Assembly (NCBI GenBank): GCA_044358815.1
Contig: JBIKNH010000012.1
Span: forward strand, 1-38,182
Origin: Pseudanabaenaceae cyanobacterium
Lineage (GTDB): Bacteria > Cyanobacteriota > Cyanobacteriia > Pseudanabaenales > Pseudanabaenaceae
Direction of reading: 5' to 3'
DNA length: 38,182 nt
Position numbers and translations under genes: made by a program. The notes below the pieces were generated by a model. That model had not been told where the DNA came from. It did no database searches and saw only the letters and a program-made list of their open reading frames with translations. This document shows, in pieces, positions 17,379 to 27,538 of the stretch (its first letter is position 1; each line of letters begins with the position of its first letter).

Positions 17379-20300
17379 ATGTTTAATCCTATTGCTGCAC
17401 TAACTGACTTAGACGTAAAACTAGCAATTATTCGGCATCCTTTGATGCTGCCCCCAGAAACCTTGGTTACTGATGCAATTGCGGCGATGAATCGTCATCG
17501 GGTGACTGGAATCTCAAATACTGGGACAGATCATTCTAGTTCTAGTCAACTGAAGCAACTCCATAACTCTCAACAGGATCTACAGGATCTACACCTTGAA
17601 ACCCACTTTAGCTGTGTCTTAGTGACCGAAGCATCTCGTTTAGTTGGGATTTTCAGTAGACGGGATATGGTGCGTTTAATTGCCCAGCAATATGCTCTGG
17701 AAAGATTACGTTTAGCAGATGTGATGATCCGTAAGGTCATCTCTCTACCGGAAATAGAATTTACGAATGTATTCGTAGCTACGGGATTATTACAGAAATA
17801 TCGGATTCGTAATTTACCCACCGTTGATGCTGACGGCAGAATTACGGGAATTATTACCCATGAGAGCCTCTGCCAAATTGCGCGACCTGTGGATTTGTTG
17901 CGGGTGCGTCAAGTGCAGGAGGTCATGACCAGTCCCGTAGTGTGGACCCGACCTGAGGCGACTATTTTAGAAGTTACCCGATTGATGCATCAACATCGCG
18001 TGAGTTCGGTGGTGATTGCACAGCCTGATTTAAGAACTGATTTAAGAACTGATTCAGGGACTGACTTAGAGAATAATCTAGAGACTGATTCTACAACTAC
18101 TGATCAGATAACTGACCAGATAACCAACCAGGTAAATAATAAACCAAATCATAGTTGTTCTTCTATTAAACCCATAGGAATTATTACGGAAAGAGATTTA
18201 GTCCAGTTTCATGCCCTTGGTTTAGCGGTGGAGGAGTATAACGCCGCCCAGATCATGAGTAGTCCAGTTTTTACGATCTTACCGGAAGAACATCTCTGGA
18301 ATGCCCAGCAGATTATGACACAACGGATGATCCGATCTGTAATTGTGGTGGATCAACAGCATAATCTCCAGGGTATTATTACCCATACCAGTTTATTGCG
18401 AGTATTAGATCCTACGGAACTTTATAAATTAGCCGAGGTTCTAGAAACCAGAGTTAATCAATTGGAATCGGAAAAAGTTAGAATTCTGGCACAGCGTACC
18501 GAAGATCTAGAACGAGAAGTTCAAGAACGGACCCATAAACTAGAGCTTACCCTAAAACGAGAAAAAATCATTAATCGGGTAGCCCAAAGGATTCGTAATT
18601 CCCTAGATCTCCATGAAATTTTAAATGCCTGCGTTATGGAAGTGCAGCGCTTTTTAGACTGTGATCGGGTGATTGTTTATCAGTGCGGGTGTGATCGTAG
18701 TGGTGTAGTGATTGCAGAGTCCGGCAACCCAAATTTTGACAGTCTTTTGGGAATTGATATTCCAGATAATTACTGTGAGAAGGAAACCATAGAGTTAATG
18801 AATGACGATGGAGCAGAGGCTGCCAATGGGCAAGTCATCGTGGATGATATTGATTCTGGCGCTTATCCACAGGAACAAATTGCATTCTTTAATCGGTATC
18901 AAGTTAAAGCCGGTCTGATGACACCGATCCGGCTAGATGGCAAGCTATGGGGGTTATTAGCAGCGCAGCAATGCCAATCTAGCCGTCAATGGTATTCCGA
19001 TGAAGCCGAGTTATTAAGTGCTTTGGCGGTGCAGTTGTCGATTGGGATTCGGCAATCCATCGCTTATACTGAAATGGAACAACAAGTCACCGAATCAAGA
19101 CTATGGCGCAAGCGCTACGAAGCCGCCGCCAGTAGCAGTGGGCAACTGATTTATGAATATGATCATCGTACAGGAAAAATCATTTGGGGAGCGGGTGTTC
19201 AGGAGACTTTAGGTTATAAACCGGAAGATGCTCCGTCGGATTTCCCATCTTATTGGCGTATCGTTCACCCTGACGATTTACCTCAGGTAGAAGCACTAGT
19301 GGAAGTATGTATTGACCTTAAAACTGTTTTTCATTACCAATATCGAGTATTACATCAGAGGGGAGAATATATTTGGGTTGAAGAACGGGGACAATGGCTG
19401 ACTGATCCCAATGGAGAAGCATATATCGTGGTGGGGATGGTGTCTGATATTACCCAACGGAAGTTAGTGGAGCAATCCCTGAAAACACAACGAGATTTTA
19501 GCCAGCTTATTGCGCAGATTACCAGCCGATTTGTGCATATCACATTGGCAGAACTAGACTCAGAAATCAATCGCAGTTTGCTGCTAATTGGTGGTGCAAT
19601 GGAGGCTGATACAAGCTTCCTTTACCGTTTAGATGATGCTAAAAGTACTCAGACCATGACCCACGAATGGACTAGAGATGGCTACTCTAGCAGGATGCAG
19701 CTAAATCAGCACCTACCCCTAGGAATCTGTCCTTGGTTCCAAAATTTAATTGCGGAACGCAAAACTTGCTATATACCGGACATAGACCATGCTCCCAACG
19801 ATGCAGCAGTAACAGTGGCACAGTGGCGCAGACTAGAACTAAAATCGATTCTGTTAGTTCCTTTATTACAACAAAATCAGGTGATTGGCTATATTGGCTG
19901 CGGTTCTTTGAGTACGCCGACATATTGGGAAGAGGAAGTGATTAACTTAGTCACGGTAATGGGACAGTCCATTGTGAATGCCCAAGAAAGACTGATTAAC
20001 CGTCAAGAACTAGAAACCCTCAATCATTCCCTAGAAGCAGAAATAGCCAGAAGAATTGATGAATTTCAACAGATTTATAGTCTACAGCAAGCCATTCTCA
20101 ATAGTTTTGATTATGCGATTATTTCAACGGATATCAACGGCATCATTCGGACATTCAATGCTGGCGCTGAAAACTTTTTAGGTTATAGCGCTAGTGAAGT
20201 GATTGGCAAAATGACTCCTGTAGTGTTTTACGATCCTCAAGAAGTCCAAGATCATGCCAACTACCTATCGGCAAAACTAGGGCGGTCTGTGAGTCCTGAT

Positions 20301-23300
20301 GTAACAGTTTTTACGATTGAGGGGGCAGAGGAATGTTCCGAAAAAGAATGGACTAACATTCGCAAAGATGGCACAAAATTTCCCATGCGTGCATCCATTT
20401 CTCCCCTTAAGGATATGGATGATCAGGTGATCGGCTTTGTCAGTATTGGTAGGGATATAACAGAAAAGAAACAAATTGCAGAGGCACTAGAAAAAAGTAA
20501 AAATCTGTTCCGGCAATTGTTTGACGCTAATGTAGTAGGCGTAATGTTTACGGACTTTAGCGGGGCAATTACCGATGCTAACGATTACTTTCTCAATTTA
20601 ATTGGTTATACCAGAGAAGAACTGATAAATGGGCAAATTAATTGGGAAGCTCTGACACCCCTAGCCCATCGCCACAAGGATATAGAAGCTATTAATCAGT
20701 TACAACTCCATCGTGCCGTTGTCCCTTGGGAGAAAGTCTACTACAATAAACAGGGTCACGAAGTACCAATTTTAATTGGGGTGGCACTCCTAGAAGATGA
20801 TGATGATCGTGGGAGTTGTATCTGTCTCATAATTGATATTACAGAACAAAAACGTTCAGAGCAACAACTCCGAGAAACCCAACAGTTTATTACGACGATT
20901 ATTAACACCATTCCTTTACCGATATTTTGGAAAGATCGACAGGGGAAGTTTTTGGGATGCAATCGTTTCTTAGTGGAACTCTTAGAGTTATCAAGTCCTA
21001 GTGAAATCATTGGTAAAACTGATGCAGAGCTTTCTCTAAATATAGAACAACTGGATGATCTCCACACGAATGATCAGATGGTGCTTAACTCAGGCACTAT
21101 GTTTTTAAGGATTCCTGAAATCCTGACACTACCGAATAACCAAAAGCGCTATATAGAAACCCATAAAGCACCACTGCGGAATTCCCACGGTGAGATTATT
21201 GGTTTAGTTGGTACATTTCAAGACATAACCCAGCGTAAAACCGACGAAGAACTATTACGGTTGAGTGAAGAGTCTTTCCGTAATGCCTTCGATAATACCA
21301 CCGTTGGCATGTGTCTTGTCTTAACCTCTGGTCATTTCCTGAGGGTTAATCAAGCATTTGCGAATTTAATAGGTTACGAACCATCACAAATGCAAAACAT
21401 GACATTCCGTGATATTACCCATCCGGATGACTTGGCTATGGATATAAAGTCAAGGGAGCAGGTTTTAAGTGGCGAAATTTCTAGCTATCATGTGGAAAAG
21501 CGTTATATTACTAAGTCTGGCAAACTAGTTTGGGGGCTATTGAGTTTATCCTTAGTCAGAGACTTAACGAATCAACCACTGTATTTTGTGACGCAAATCC
21601 AAGACATTACAGAACGGAAACAAGCCTTAGTCAAATTGCAGGCTAGCGAAAGCCGATTCCGCCAAATTTTTGAATCTAAGGTAGTGGGGATGGTATTAGC
21701 TGACTTCCAGGGCAATATCATTAATGCCAATGATCGTTTCTTAGAAATCCTAGGATATACCAGAAGAGAATTTGTTGAAAATGAGATTCGTTGGGATTTT
21801 ATTACGCCGCAGGAACATCAAGAAATGGATTTAACTTCCATGAGACACCTGCGAGAACACGGCATGATTACCCCTTGGGAAAAGGAATACTATCGCAAAG
21901 ACGGTACTAGAGTTCCTATTTTAATAGGAGCAGCACTGTTACCCAATAGCGAAGATCAAACGGTCTGCGTGGTCATCGACATTAGTGATCGTAAAGCCGT
22001 AGAACGAGCACTCCAGAACAGTGAGGAGCGATTCCGGCAGTTAGCTCAGGCTATTGATGCCGTCTTCTGGATTATGAGTTTAGATCGCAAGTCATGGGTC
22101 TATGTCAGTCCTGCTTACGAAAAAATCTGGGGTCGTAAATATATCAATCTCTATACTGGTACAGATCATTGGCTCGATACCGTCCACCCCGAGGATCGCG
22201 ACCGAGTGCGGGCGGCACTGCCCCAGCAAATTAGCGGCGATTTCAATCAGGAATATCGGATTATCCGTCCTGGGGGCGAGATTCGTTGGATTCATGATCG
22301 CGCCTTTCCGATGCAAGGTGAGAGTTCGCAAGTATATCTGATTGCTGGCATTGCTGAAGATATTACGGTGCGCAAGGTTTGGGAATCGCAATTACAATAT
22401 ACTAATGCCCAACTTGCCCGCGCCACCCGCCTCAAAGACGAATTTCTCGCCAGTATGAGCCATGAATTGCGCACTCCCTTAAATGCAATTCTCGGCATGG
22501 CGGAAGGTTTGCAGGAGCACGTCTTTGGCGAACTAAATGATAGACAAATGAAATCAATTCAAACCATTGAACGTAGTGGCACCCACCTACTGGCTTTAAT
22601 CAATGACATTCTTGATTTATCAAAAGTCGAATCTGGTCAAGTACAATTATCACTGACTTCTAATGCTGTGCCACTGCTAGTGCAAAGCGGTTTAACTTTC
22701 ATTCAACAACAAGCGCGTAAAAAACGGATTGAGATTACCACAAGAATACCGCCTCAATTACCTTATGTTGAAGTAGATCAATTACGAATTCATCAGGTTC
22801 TGATTAATCTCTTAAACAATGCAGTTAAATTCACCCCAGAAGGGGGCAAGATTACTGTTACAGTGGATTATCCCTGTCCTCCGTTACCACCACTGAGAAA
22901 TATCGATATTGAAGATCTGGCATCTCGCAAGGGAAATTTCATTCGCATTTCCATCATTGATACTGGAATCGGTATCGCTCCGGAGAATATTAATAAATTA
23001 TTTCAGCCATTTGTCCAGATTGACAGCGCCCTGAATCGGCAGTATGAAGGTACGGGGTTAGGATTAGCTCTGGTCAAACGTTTAGTAGAATTACACAATG
23101 GTCAAATTAATGTGAGTAGTGAAGTGGGACGAGGGAGTTGTTTCACATTTGATTTACCTGCTTCTCCAGATACCGCCGCCCCCAATGCTGCCATCGAGGA
23201 ATTACCAGTTCCCCCCCCTTCGGATATTACAGGCACACCCAAGGTTGTTTTGTTAGTGGAAGACAATGCCATGACCGTTAGTACGATATCGAGTTATCTC

Positions 23301-23615
23301 AAAGCCAAAGGTTACCAAATTATTTTGGCTAGTAACGGTTTAGAAGCCTTAGAAGTAGCCGAAAAAGATAGTCCAGATATTATTTTGATGGATATTCAGA
23401 TGCCCGGCATGGATGGTTTAGAAGCAATTCAACGAATTAGAGCCAACCCACTACTACAAAAAATGCCTATAATTGCACTGACAGCCCTAGCCATGAGTGG
23501 CGATCAAGATCGATGTTTAGCTGCCGGAGCCAACGAATATATGAGCAAACCTGTTAAAATGAAGGAATTAGTTAATGTTATAGAGAGGACTTTCGACAAT
23601 GCCTATGTCCACTAA
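17379..23615 (+). CDS. giant hybrid sensor histidine kinase (CBS pairs, GAF, multiple PAS/PAC, HisKA, HATPase_c, receiver)
   Basis: 2078 aa. The N-terminal CBS-like segments are interrupted by an acidic low-complexity insert (DLRTDLRTDSGTDLENNLETDSTTTDQITDQITNQ). GAF-like region (LLAAQQCQSSRQWYSDE). H-box SHELRTPLNAILGMAE. N/G boxes LNNAVKFTPEGGKI, DTGIGI, GTGLGLALVKRL. C-terminal receiver (VLLVEDN...DIQMPGMDGLE). Confidence 0.85.
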   Translation: MFNPIAALTDLDVKLAIIRHPLMLPPETLVTDAIAAMNRHRVTGISNTGTDHSSSSQLKQLHNSQQDLQDLHLETHFSCVLVTEASRLVGIFSRRDMVRLIAQQYALERLRLADVMIRKVISLPEIEFTNVFVATGLLQKYRIRNLPTVDADGRITGIITHESLCQIARPVDLLRVRQVQEVMTSPVVWTRPEATILEVTRLMHQHRVSSVVIAQPDLRTDLRTDSGTDLENNLETDSTTTDQITDQITNQVNNKPNHSCSSIKPIGIITERDLVQFHALGLAVEEYNAAQIMSSPVFTILPEEHLWNAQQIMTQRMIRSVIVVDQQHNLQGIITHTSLLRVLDPTELYKLAEVLETRVNQLESEKVRILAQRTEDLEREVQERTHKLELTLKREKIINRVAQRIRNSLDLHEILNACVMEVQRFLDCDRVIVYQCGCDRSGVVIAESGNPNFDSLLGIDIPDNYCEKETIELMNDDGAEAANGQVIVDDIDSGAYPQEQIAFFNRYQVKAGLMTPIRLDGKLWGLLAAQQCQSSRQWYSDEAELLSALAVQLSIGIRQSIAYTEMEQQVTESRLWRKRYEAAASSSGQLIYEYDHRTGKIIWGAGVQETLGYKPEDAPSDFPSYWRIVHPDDLPQVEALVEVCIDLKTVFHYQYRVLHQRGEYIWVEERGQWLTDPNGEAYIVVGMVSDITQRKLVEQSLKTQRDFSQLIAQITSRFVHITLAELDSEINRSLLLIGGAMEADTSFLYRLDDAKSTQTMTHEWTRDGYSSRMQLNQHLPLGICPWFQNLIAERKTCYIPDIDHAPNDAAVTVAQWRRLELKSILLVPLLQQNQVIGYIGCGSLSTPTYWEEEVINLVTVMGQSIVNAQERLINRQELETLNHSLEAEIARRIDEFQQIYSLQQAILNSFDYAIISTDINGIIRTFNAGAENFLGYSASEVIGKMTPVVFYDPQEVQDHANYLSAKLGRSVSPDVTVFTIEGAEECSEKEWTNIRKDGTKFPMRASISPLKDMDDQVIGFVSIGRDITEKKQIAEALEKSKNLFRQLFDANVVGVMFTDFSGAITDANDYFLNLIGYTREELINGQINWEALTPLAHRHKDIEAINQLQLHRAVVPWEKVYYNKQGHEVPILIGVALLEDDDDRGSCICLIIDITEQKRSEQQLRETQQFITTIINTIPLPIFWKDRQGKFLGCNRFLVELLELSSPSEIIGKTDAELSLNIEQLDDLHTNDQMVLNSGTMFLRIPEILTLPNNQKRYIETHKAPLRNSHGEIIGLVGTFQDITQRKTDEELLRLSEESFRNAFDNTTVGMCLVLTSGHFLRVNQAFANLIGYEPSQMQNMTFRDITHPDDLAMDIKSREQVLSGEISSYHVEKRYITKSGKLVWGLLSLSLVRDLTNQPLYFVTQIQDITERKQALVKLQASESRFRQIFESKVVGMVLADFQGNIINANDRFLEILGYTRREFVENEIRWDFITPQEHQEMDLTSMRHLREHGMITPWEKEYYRKDGTRVPILIGAALLPNSEDQTVCVVIDISDRKAVERALQNSEERFRQLAQAIDAVFWIMSLDRKSWVYVSPAYEKIWGRKYINLYTGTDHWLDTVHPEDRDRVRAALPQQISGDFNQEYRIIRPGGEIRWIHDRAFPMQGESSQVYLIAGIAEDITVRKVWESQLQYTNAQLARATRLKDEFLASMSHELRTPLNAILGMAEGLQEHVFGELNDRQMKSIQTIERSGTHLLALINDILDLSKVESGQVQLSLTSNAVPLLVQSGLTFIQQQARKKRIEITTRIPPQLPYVEVDQLRIHQVLINLLNNAVKFTPEGGKITVTVDYPCPPLPPLRNIDIEDLASRKGNFIRISIIDTGIGIAPENINKLFQPFVQIDSALNRQYEGTGLGLALVKRLVELHNGQINVSSEVGRGSCFTFDLPASPDTAAPNAAIEELPVPPPSDITGTPKVVLLVEDNAMTVSTISSYLKAKGYQIILASNGLEALEVAEKDSPDIILMDIQMPGMDGLEAIQRIRANPLLQKMPIIALTALAMSGDQDRCLAAGANEYMSKPVKMKELVNVIERTFDNAYVH

Positions 23616-24786
23616 AACTCCACCTAATTCTACTCCAACTGCTGACAGCAATACCGTTGTCATTTTGGTTGTTGATGACGAACCAGATAACTTTGATGTG
23701 ATTGAAGTTATCCTGAACAATCAGCCTTACCAACTACATTATGCTTCTAGTGGACAAGAAGCCTTAGATGTAATCGACATGTACCAGCCAGATTTGATCT
23801 TGTTGGATGTCATGATGCCAGAAATGGATGGGATTGAAACCTGTCGGTTAATCAAGGAGCAGTTACGATGGCGGAGTGTCCCTATCATTATTACCACTGC
23901 CTTAACTGCTAAAGAAGATTTAGCGAGATGTTTGGAAGCTGGAGCCGATGACTTTATCAGCAAGCCTTTAAACAGTTTAGAACTGAGGGCACGGATTAAG
24001 TCAATGTTGCGAATTAAGAGACAGTACGATACCATTCAGCGGTTTTCTGTTTTACAGCGAGATACGATCAATGTTTTGGGAGAGAACCTCAATAACTTAA
24101 CGGGGAGTTTAGCTGCTAAACTATCCCACGAACTGAATACGCCCCTCAATGGCATTATGGGTGTGATTGCTTTGCTGCGGCATAACATCGACCAGATGGA
24201 AATGTCAGAGATCAAAGAGACTTTGGGCTGGGCAGATGAATCAGCGCAACTTCTGTTTGCAATGACTAAAAGATTTCGCATCTATTTAGAATTAGAACTT
24301 CTAGTCAGTGAAGGCAAAAAGCTGACCCACCATTGCACTGAATTTAGCGGTGAAGCGTTGGTTATGGAATTAAAGCCTTATTTCGAGAAAGCGGAGCGAT
24401 TGGAAGACTTCGTTACGAACATTATAGGTGGTTATGTTGGGCTTTCGGAACATTACCTATCAATTTTGATTAGGGAACTAATCGATAATGCCATAAAATT
24501 CTCAGAACCAGGGACTAAAGTTGTTCTCAGTAGTCACATCAATCAAGACGTGATGGAAATTACCATCCACGATCAAGGTCGGGGTATGACGGAGGCACAG
24601 ATTGCCCGTGTTGGTGCTTTTATTCAGTTTGAGCGTCCCGCCCACGCCCAGGATGGTATGGGTATGGGGTTAAAAATTGCCCAACGGATTACTGAACTAG
24701 CTGGCGGAAAGTTCAGCATTCATAGTGTTTATCGGCAGGAAACCCTAGTAAAACTTACTATTCCTTTGGGTAAATTTATCCAGTAG
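23599..24786 (+). CDS. response-regulator receiver fused to a histidine-kinase core (REC-HisKA-HATPase)
   Basis: REC: VVILVVDDEPDNFDVIEVIL ... LDVMMPEMDGIE. H-box-like LSHELNTPLNGIMG. ATPase boxes IRELIDNAIKFSEPGTKV, HDQGRGMT, GMGMGLKIAQ. Overlaps the upstream kinase gene by 17 nt. Confidence 0.8.
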   Translation: MPMSTKTPPNSTPTADSNTVVILVVDDEPDNFDVIEVILNNQPYQLHYASSGQEALDVIDMYQPDLILLDVMMPEMDGIETCRLIKEQLRWRSVPIIITTALTAKEDLARCLEAGADDFISKPLNSLELRARIKSMLRIKRQYDTIQRFSVLQRDTINVLGENLNNLTGSLAAKLSHELNTPLNGIMGVIALLRHNIDQMEMSEIKETLGWADESAQLLFAMTKRFRIYLELELLVSEGKKLTHHCTEFSGEALVMELKPYFEKAERLEDFVTNIIGGYVGLSEHYLSILIRELIDNAIKFSEPGTKVVLSSHINQDVMEITIHDQGRGMTEAQIARVGAFIQFERPAHAQDGMGMGLKIAQRITELAGGKFSIHSVYRQETLVKLTIPLGKFIQ

Positions 24787-24838
24787 CGGTGGGGTGAAGC
24801 GGTACTCGTAAAAAGTACTTTTTACAAGTTGGTTACAC

Positions 24839-24932
24839 GAGCCATTTACACGAGCCATTTACACGAGCTATTTACACAAGTTATTTGTAAGGGTTATTTG
24901 TGAGAGTTATTTCTAAGAGGCATTTGCATAGT
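24839..24932. repeat. decaying tandem array of a 13-bp unit (CCATTTACACGAG x2, then CTATTTACACAAG, TTATTTGTAAGGG, TTATTTGTGAGAG, TTATTTCTAAGAG, GCATTTGCATAG)
   Basis: Read directly. The two 5' copies are perfect and the following copies diverge progressively. It lies between the receiver-kinase stop and folP. Confidence 0.8.
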
Positions 24933-25103
24933 ACCTGCCATCCGCACTACTCCACAAATCCGTATAAAATGTGAATCGCTACAATCTTTCACTATATCTT
25001 ATGGTGAAGCGGACACCCTTAACCAATCACGAAGTTAGCGCTGTACCGTTTCAACCATGAGTATCTGATAGCTCCGGCGATTGTCCTCCATCCAGACTTT
25101 GTT

Positions 25104-25961
25104 ATGTCATCATCTCTACCCCCTTGGCAATTACGTGGTCAAACCTTTGCGTGGGGCAAACGTACCTATGTCATGGGTATTATCAACGCCACCCCTGACA
25201 GTTTCAGTGACGGTGGGCAAAACCAAAACCCAAAACAAGCCATTAGAAAAGCCAAGGAAATTGCCCCCTATGTGGATTTAATTGATATTGGTGGGGAGTC
25301 AACCCGACCTGGAGCAACCCCTGTTAGTGCAGTGGAGGAAATCAACCGAGTTGTACCACTGATCAAGGCATTGCGGCGGGAATTACCCAATATGCCAATC
25401 TCCATTGATACCATGAAGTCCACTGTAGCCAGTGCTGCCCTTGATGCCGGAGCCGACATTATCAATGATGTGACCGCAGGACGATTTGACCCTGACATGT
25501 TGCCTCTAGCAGGGCGGCGGCGCGTTCCGGTGATTTTGATGCACATGCAGGGCAAACCCCAAACCATGCAACAAAATCCCCAATATGACAATGTTGTATC
25601 TGAAGTGAAAGACTTTTTGCGCCAAGCCATTGAGGTAGCTGTTGCCTGTGGTTTGCCACGCCACTATGTTGCCATTGATCCAGGGATTGGTTTCGGCAAA
25701 AATTTAGATCATAATCTGTCCCTATTACGGGATCTCGGCGAATTACGAAGCCTGAATGCCCCGATGCTGGTGGGACCCTCGCGGAAAAACTTTATTGGCA
25801 TCATCTGTGATCAGCCGGAACCTGAAACGAGAAAAATAGGTACTTTAGCGGCTTGCAGTGCGGCTATTGCTGGATCTGCGGATATTTTACGAGTCCATGA
25901 TCCTAAAATATTGCGGGATGTGCGGTTGGTTAGCGATGCTATTTTCCGCTCCCAGAGCTAA
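25104..25961 (+). CDS. folP: dihydropteroate synthase
   Basis: Pterin-binding DHPS motifs: MGIINATPDSFSDGG, DIGGESTRPGA, and a GIGFGK-like motif (DPGIGFGKN). Confidence 0.9.
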   Translation: MSSSLPPWQLRGQTFAWGKRTYVMGIINATPDSFSDGGQNQNPKQAIRKAKEIAPYVDLIDIGGESTRPGATPVSAVEEINRVVPLIKALRRELPNMPISIDTMKSTVASAALDAGADIINDVTAGRFDPDMLPLAGRRRVPVILMHMQGKPQTMQQNPQYDNVVSEVKDFLRQAIEVAVACGLPRHYVAIDPGIGFGKNLDHNLSLLRDLGELRSLNAPMLVGPSRKNFIGIICDQPEPETRKIGTLAACSAAIAGSADILRVHDPKILRDVRLVSDAIFRSQS

Positions 25962-26292
25962 TCTGAAGCGTTATATACCATCTAAAATAATTGATTATTT
26001 ATTAACTAAAGCCCTGTGATGCTCTGGCAATTAACCATTAATTGTCTTGAATGGGGCTAGGTTTTTCAATTACAATAACTTTCAACAACTTTAAATTTGA
26101 TCAATAAAGCTGAAATTGCTGACGGATGTTCAGGGGCGACAGGTGCAGATTTAGCATTTTGTCGCGAACCGATGGTGTTGAGTTGCCAAAAGTTCAAACC
26201 GCTCGAAATGTTGTCAGTTCAGATTTGCGATCTTTTTCAGTATTTTTCTTTTGTTTTTCTATCCCTATCTATGACGCTGAGGAATAACAGTC

Positions 26293-27375
26293 GTGGCTAA
26301 GCCCAAGCATTTGCTGATTGGTTCGACCCGTTCGGGCAGCGGTAAGTCTGCTAGTGTCCTTGGTCTAGCTTTTAATTTACAGGCTAAGGGCTATGCCGTT
26401 GGCTATGGTAAGCCTTTAGGAACTTTCATCTCACGCCATTTGCCGGACGCATCGGAACAGGAAGTGGATGTGGAGTTCATTACCAAAACCTTGAACTTGC
26501 CTGAAAATTTACGCCTGCCGACCCTAGTGCAGTTAGGGCGCGAAAGTATTGCTCAGCGACTCTGTGGCGCAGACACCCGCGATTATCAGGCAGAGTTGCG
26601 TAAATACAATGACTATGATCATGCAGATGTGGTCTTGGTTGAATCAACGGCTAATACTGCCGAAGGTGCAATTTTTGGGCTATCTCTAGAACAGATGTCT
26701 GACTGTCTTGAAGCCCCAATTTTATTAGTTTTGCGGTTTACCTCCTTACTGGTAGTGGATCATATTCTGGTGGCAAAGCAGCGGTTTGGTCATCGACTTT
26801 TGGGGGTGGTGATCAACGATGTGCCCACCGATGAATATGAGTTTGTCAGCGCTCTATTACGAGATTATCTCGAATCCCAAAAGATTCCCATTCTCGCCAT
26901 TACTCCGGAAAATCGCACTTTACGGAGCATTAATGTCAGTGAACTAATCGATCAGTTGGGGGCTACGGTGCTATGCCGTCCCGAAAACATTGACTTTAAT
27001 AAATTGATGATTGAAGAGCTAAAAATCGGGGCAATGGATGTGAACTCCGCCCAAAGTTTCTTCAGTAAATCTTTTAATAAGGTGGTGATCACTGGTAATG
27101 GTCGGATTGATTTACAATTGGCAGCCCTAGAAACTTCTACGAATTGCTTGATTTTAACTGGTCGTCCCACTGTCAGCGAACAGGTGTACCAGAAGGCAAT
27201 GGAACTTGGTGTACCGATTTTATCTGTGACCACTGACACCCTCAAAACCGTTGATATTATTGAATCTTGTCTAGATCAAGTACGGCTCCATGAGGGAATC
27301 AAAGTGGGTATTATTAAAGATTTGATGCAGTCCCATTTCCAACTGGAACGGTTAATTGATTTGATGGGTTTATAG
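26293..27375 (+). CDS. phosphotransacetylase N-terminal-like / DRTGG-domain family protein (AAA-like fold, no obvious P-loop lysine motif)
   Basis: The N-terminus HLLIGSTRSGSGKSASVLGLAFNLQAKGYAVGYGKP resembles the Pta N-terminal domain / CobB-CobQ-like nucleotide-binding fold; 360 aa; GTG start. Confidence 0.5.
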   Translation: MAKPKHLLIGSTRSGSGKSASVLGLAFNLQAKGYAVGYGKPLGTFISRHLPDASEQEVDVEFITKTLNLPENLRLPTLVQLGRESIAQRLCGADTRDYQAELRKYNDYDHADVVLVESTANTAEGAIFGLSLEQMSDCLEAPILLVLRFTSLLVVDHILVAKQRFGHRLLGVVINDVPTDEYEFVSALLRDYLESQKIPILAITPENRTLRSINVSELIDQLGATVLCRPENIDFNKLMIEELKIGAMDVNSAQSFFSKSFNKVVITGNGRIDLQLAALETSTNCLILTGRPTVSEQVYQKAMELGVPILSVTTDTLKTVDIIESCLDQVRLHEGIKVGIIKDLMQSHFQLERLIDLMGL

Positions 27376-27538
27376 AACATCTCTATTTATCTTGATCAGG
27401 TCCATCAGGTCCTCGATTTCTGTGGGAAGTCGGGGACTTTTGGTGAGTAAAATTTAGTTATGGTAGTTATGGATTTGGTTGTTCAAAATAGGTTGATTTA
27501 ACTCGCTAATTCCCGTCAATCACACCTGAGGTGCAAAC

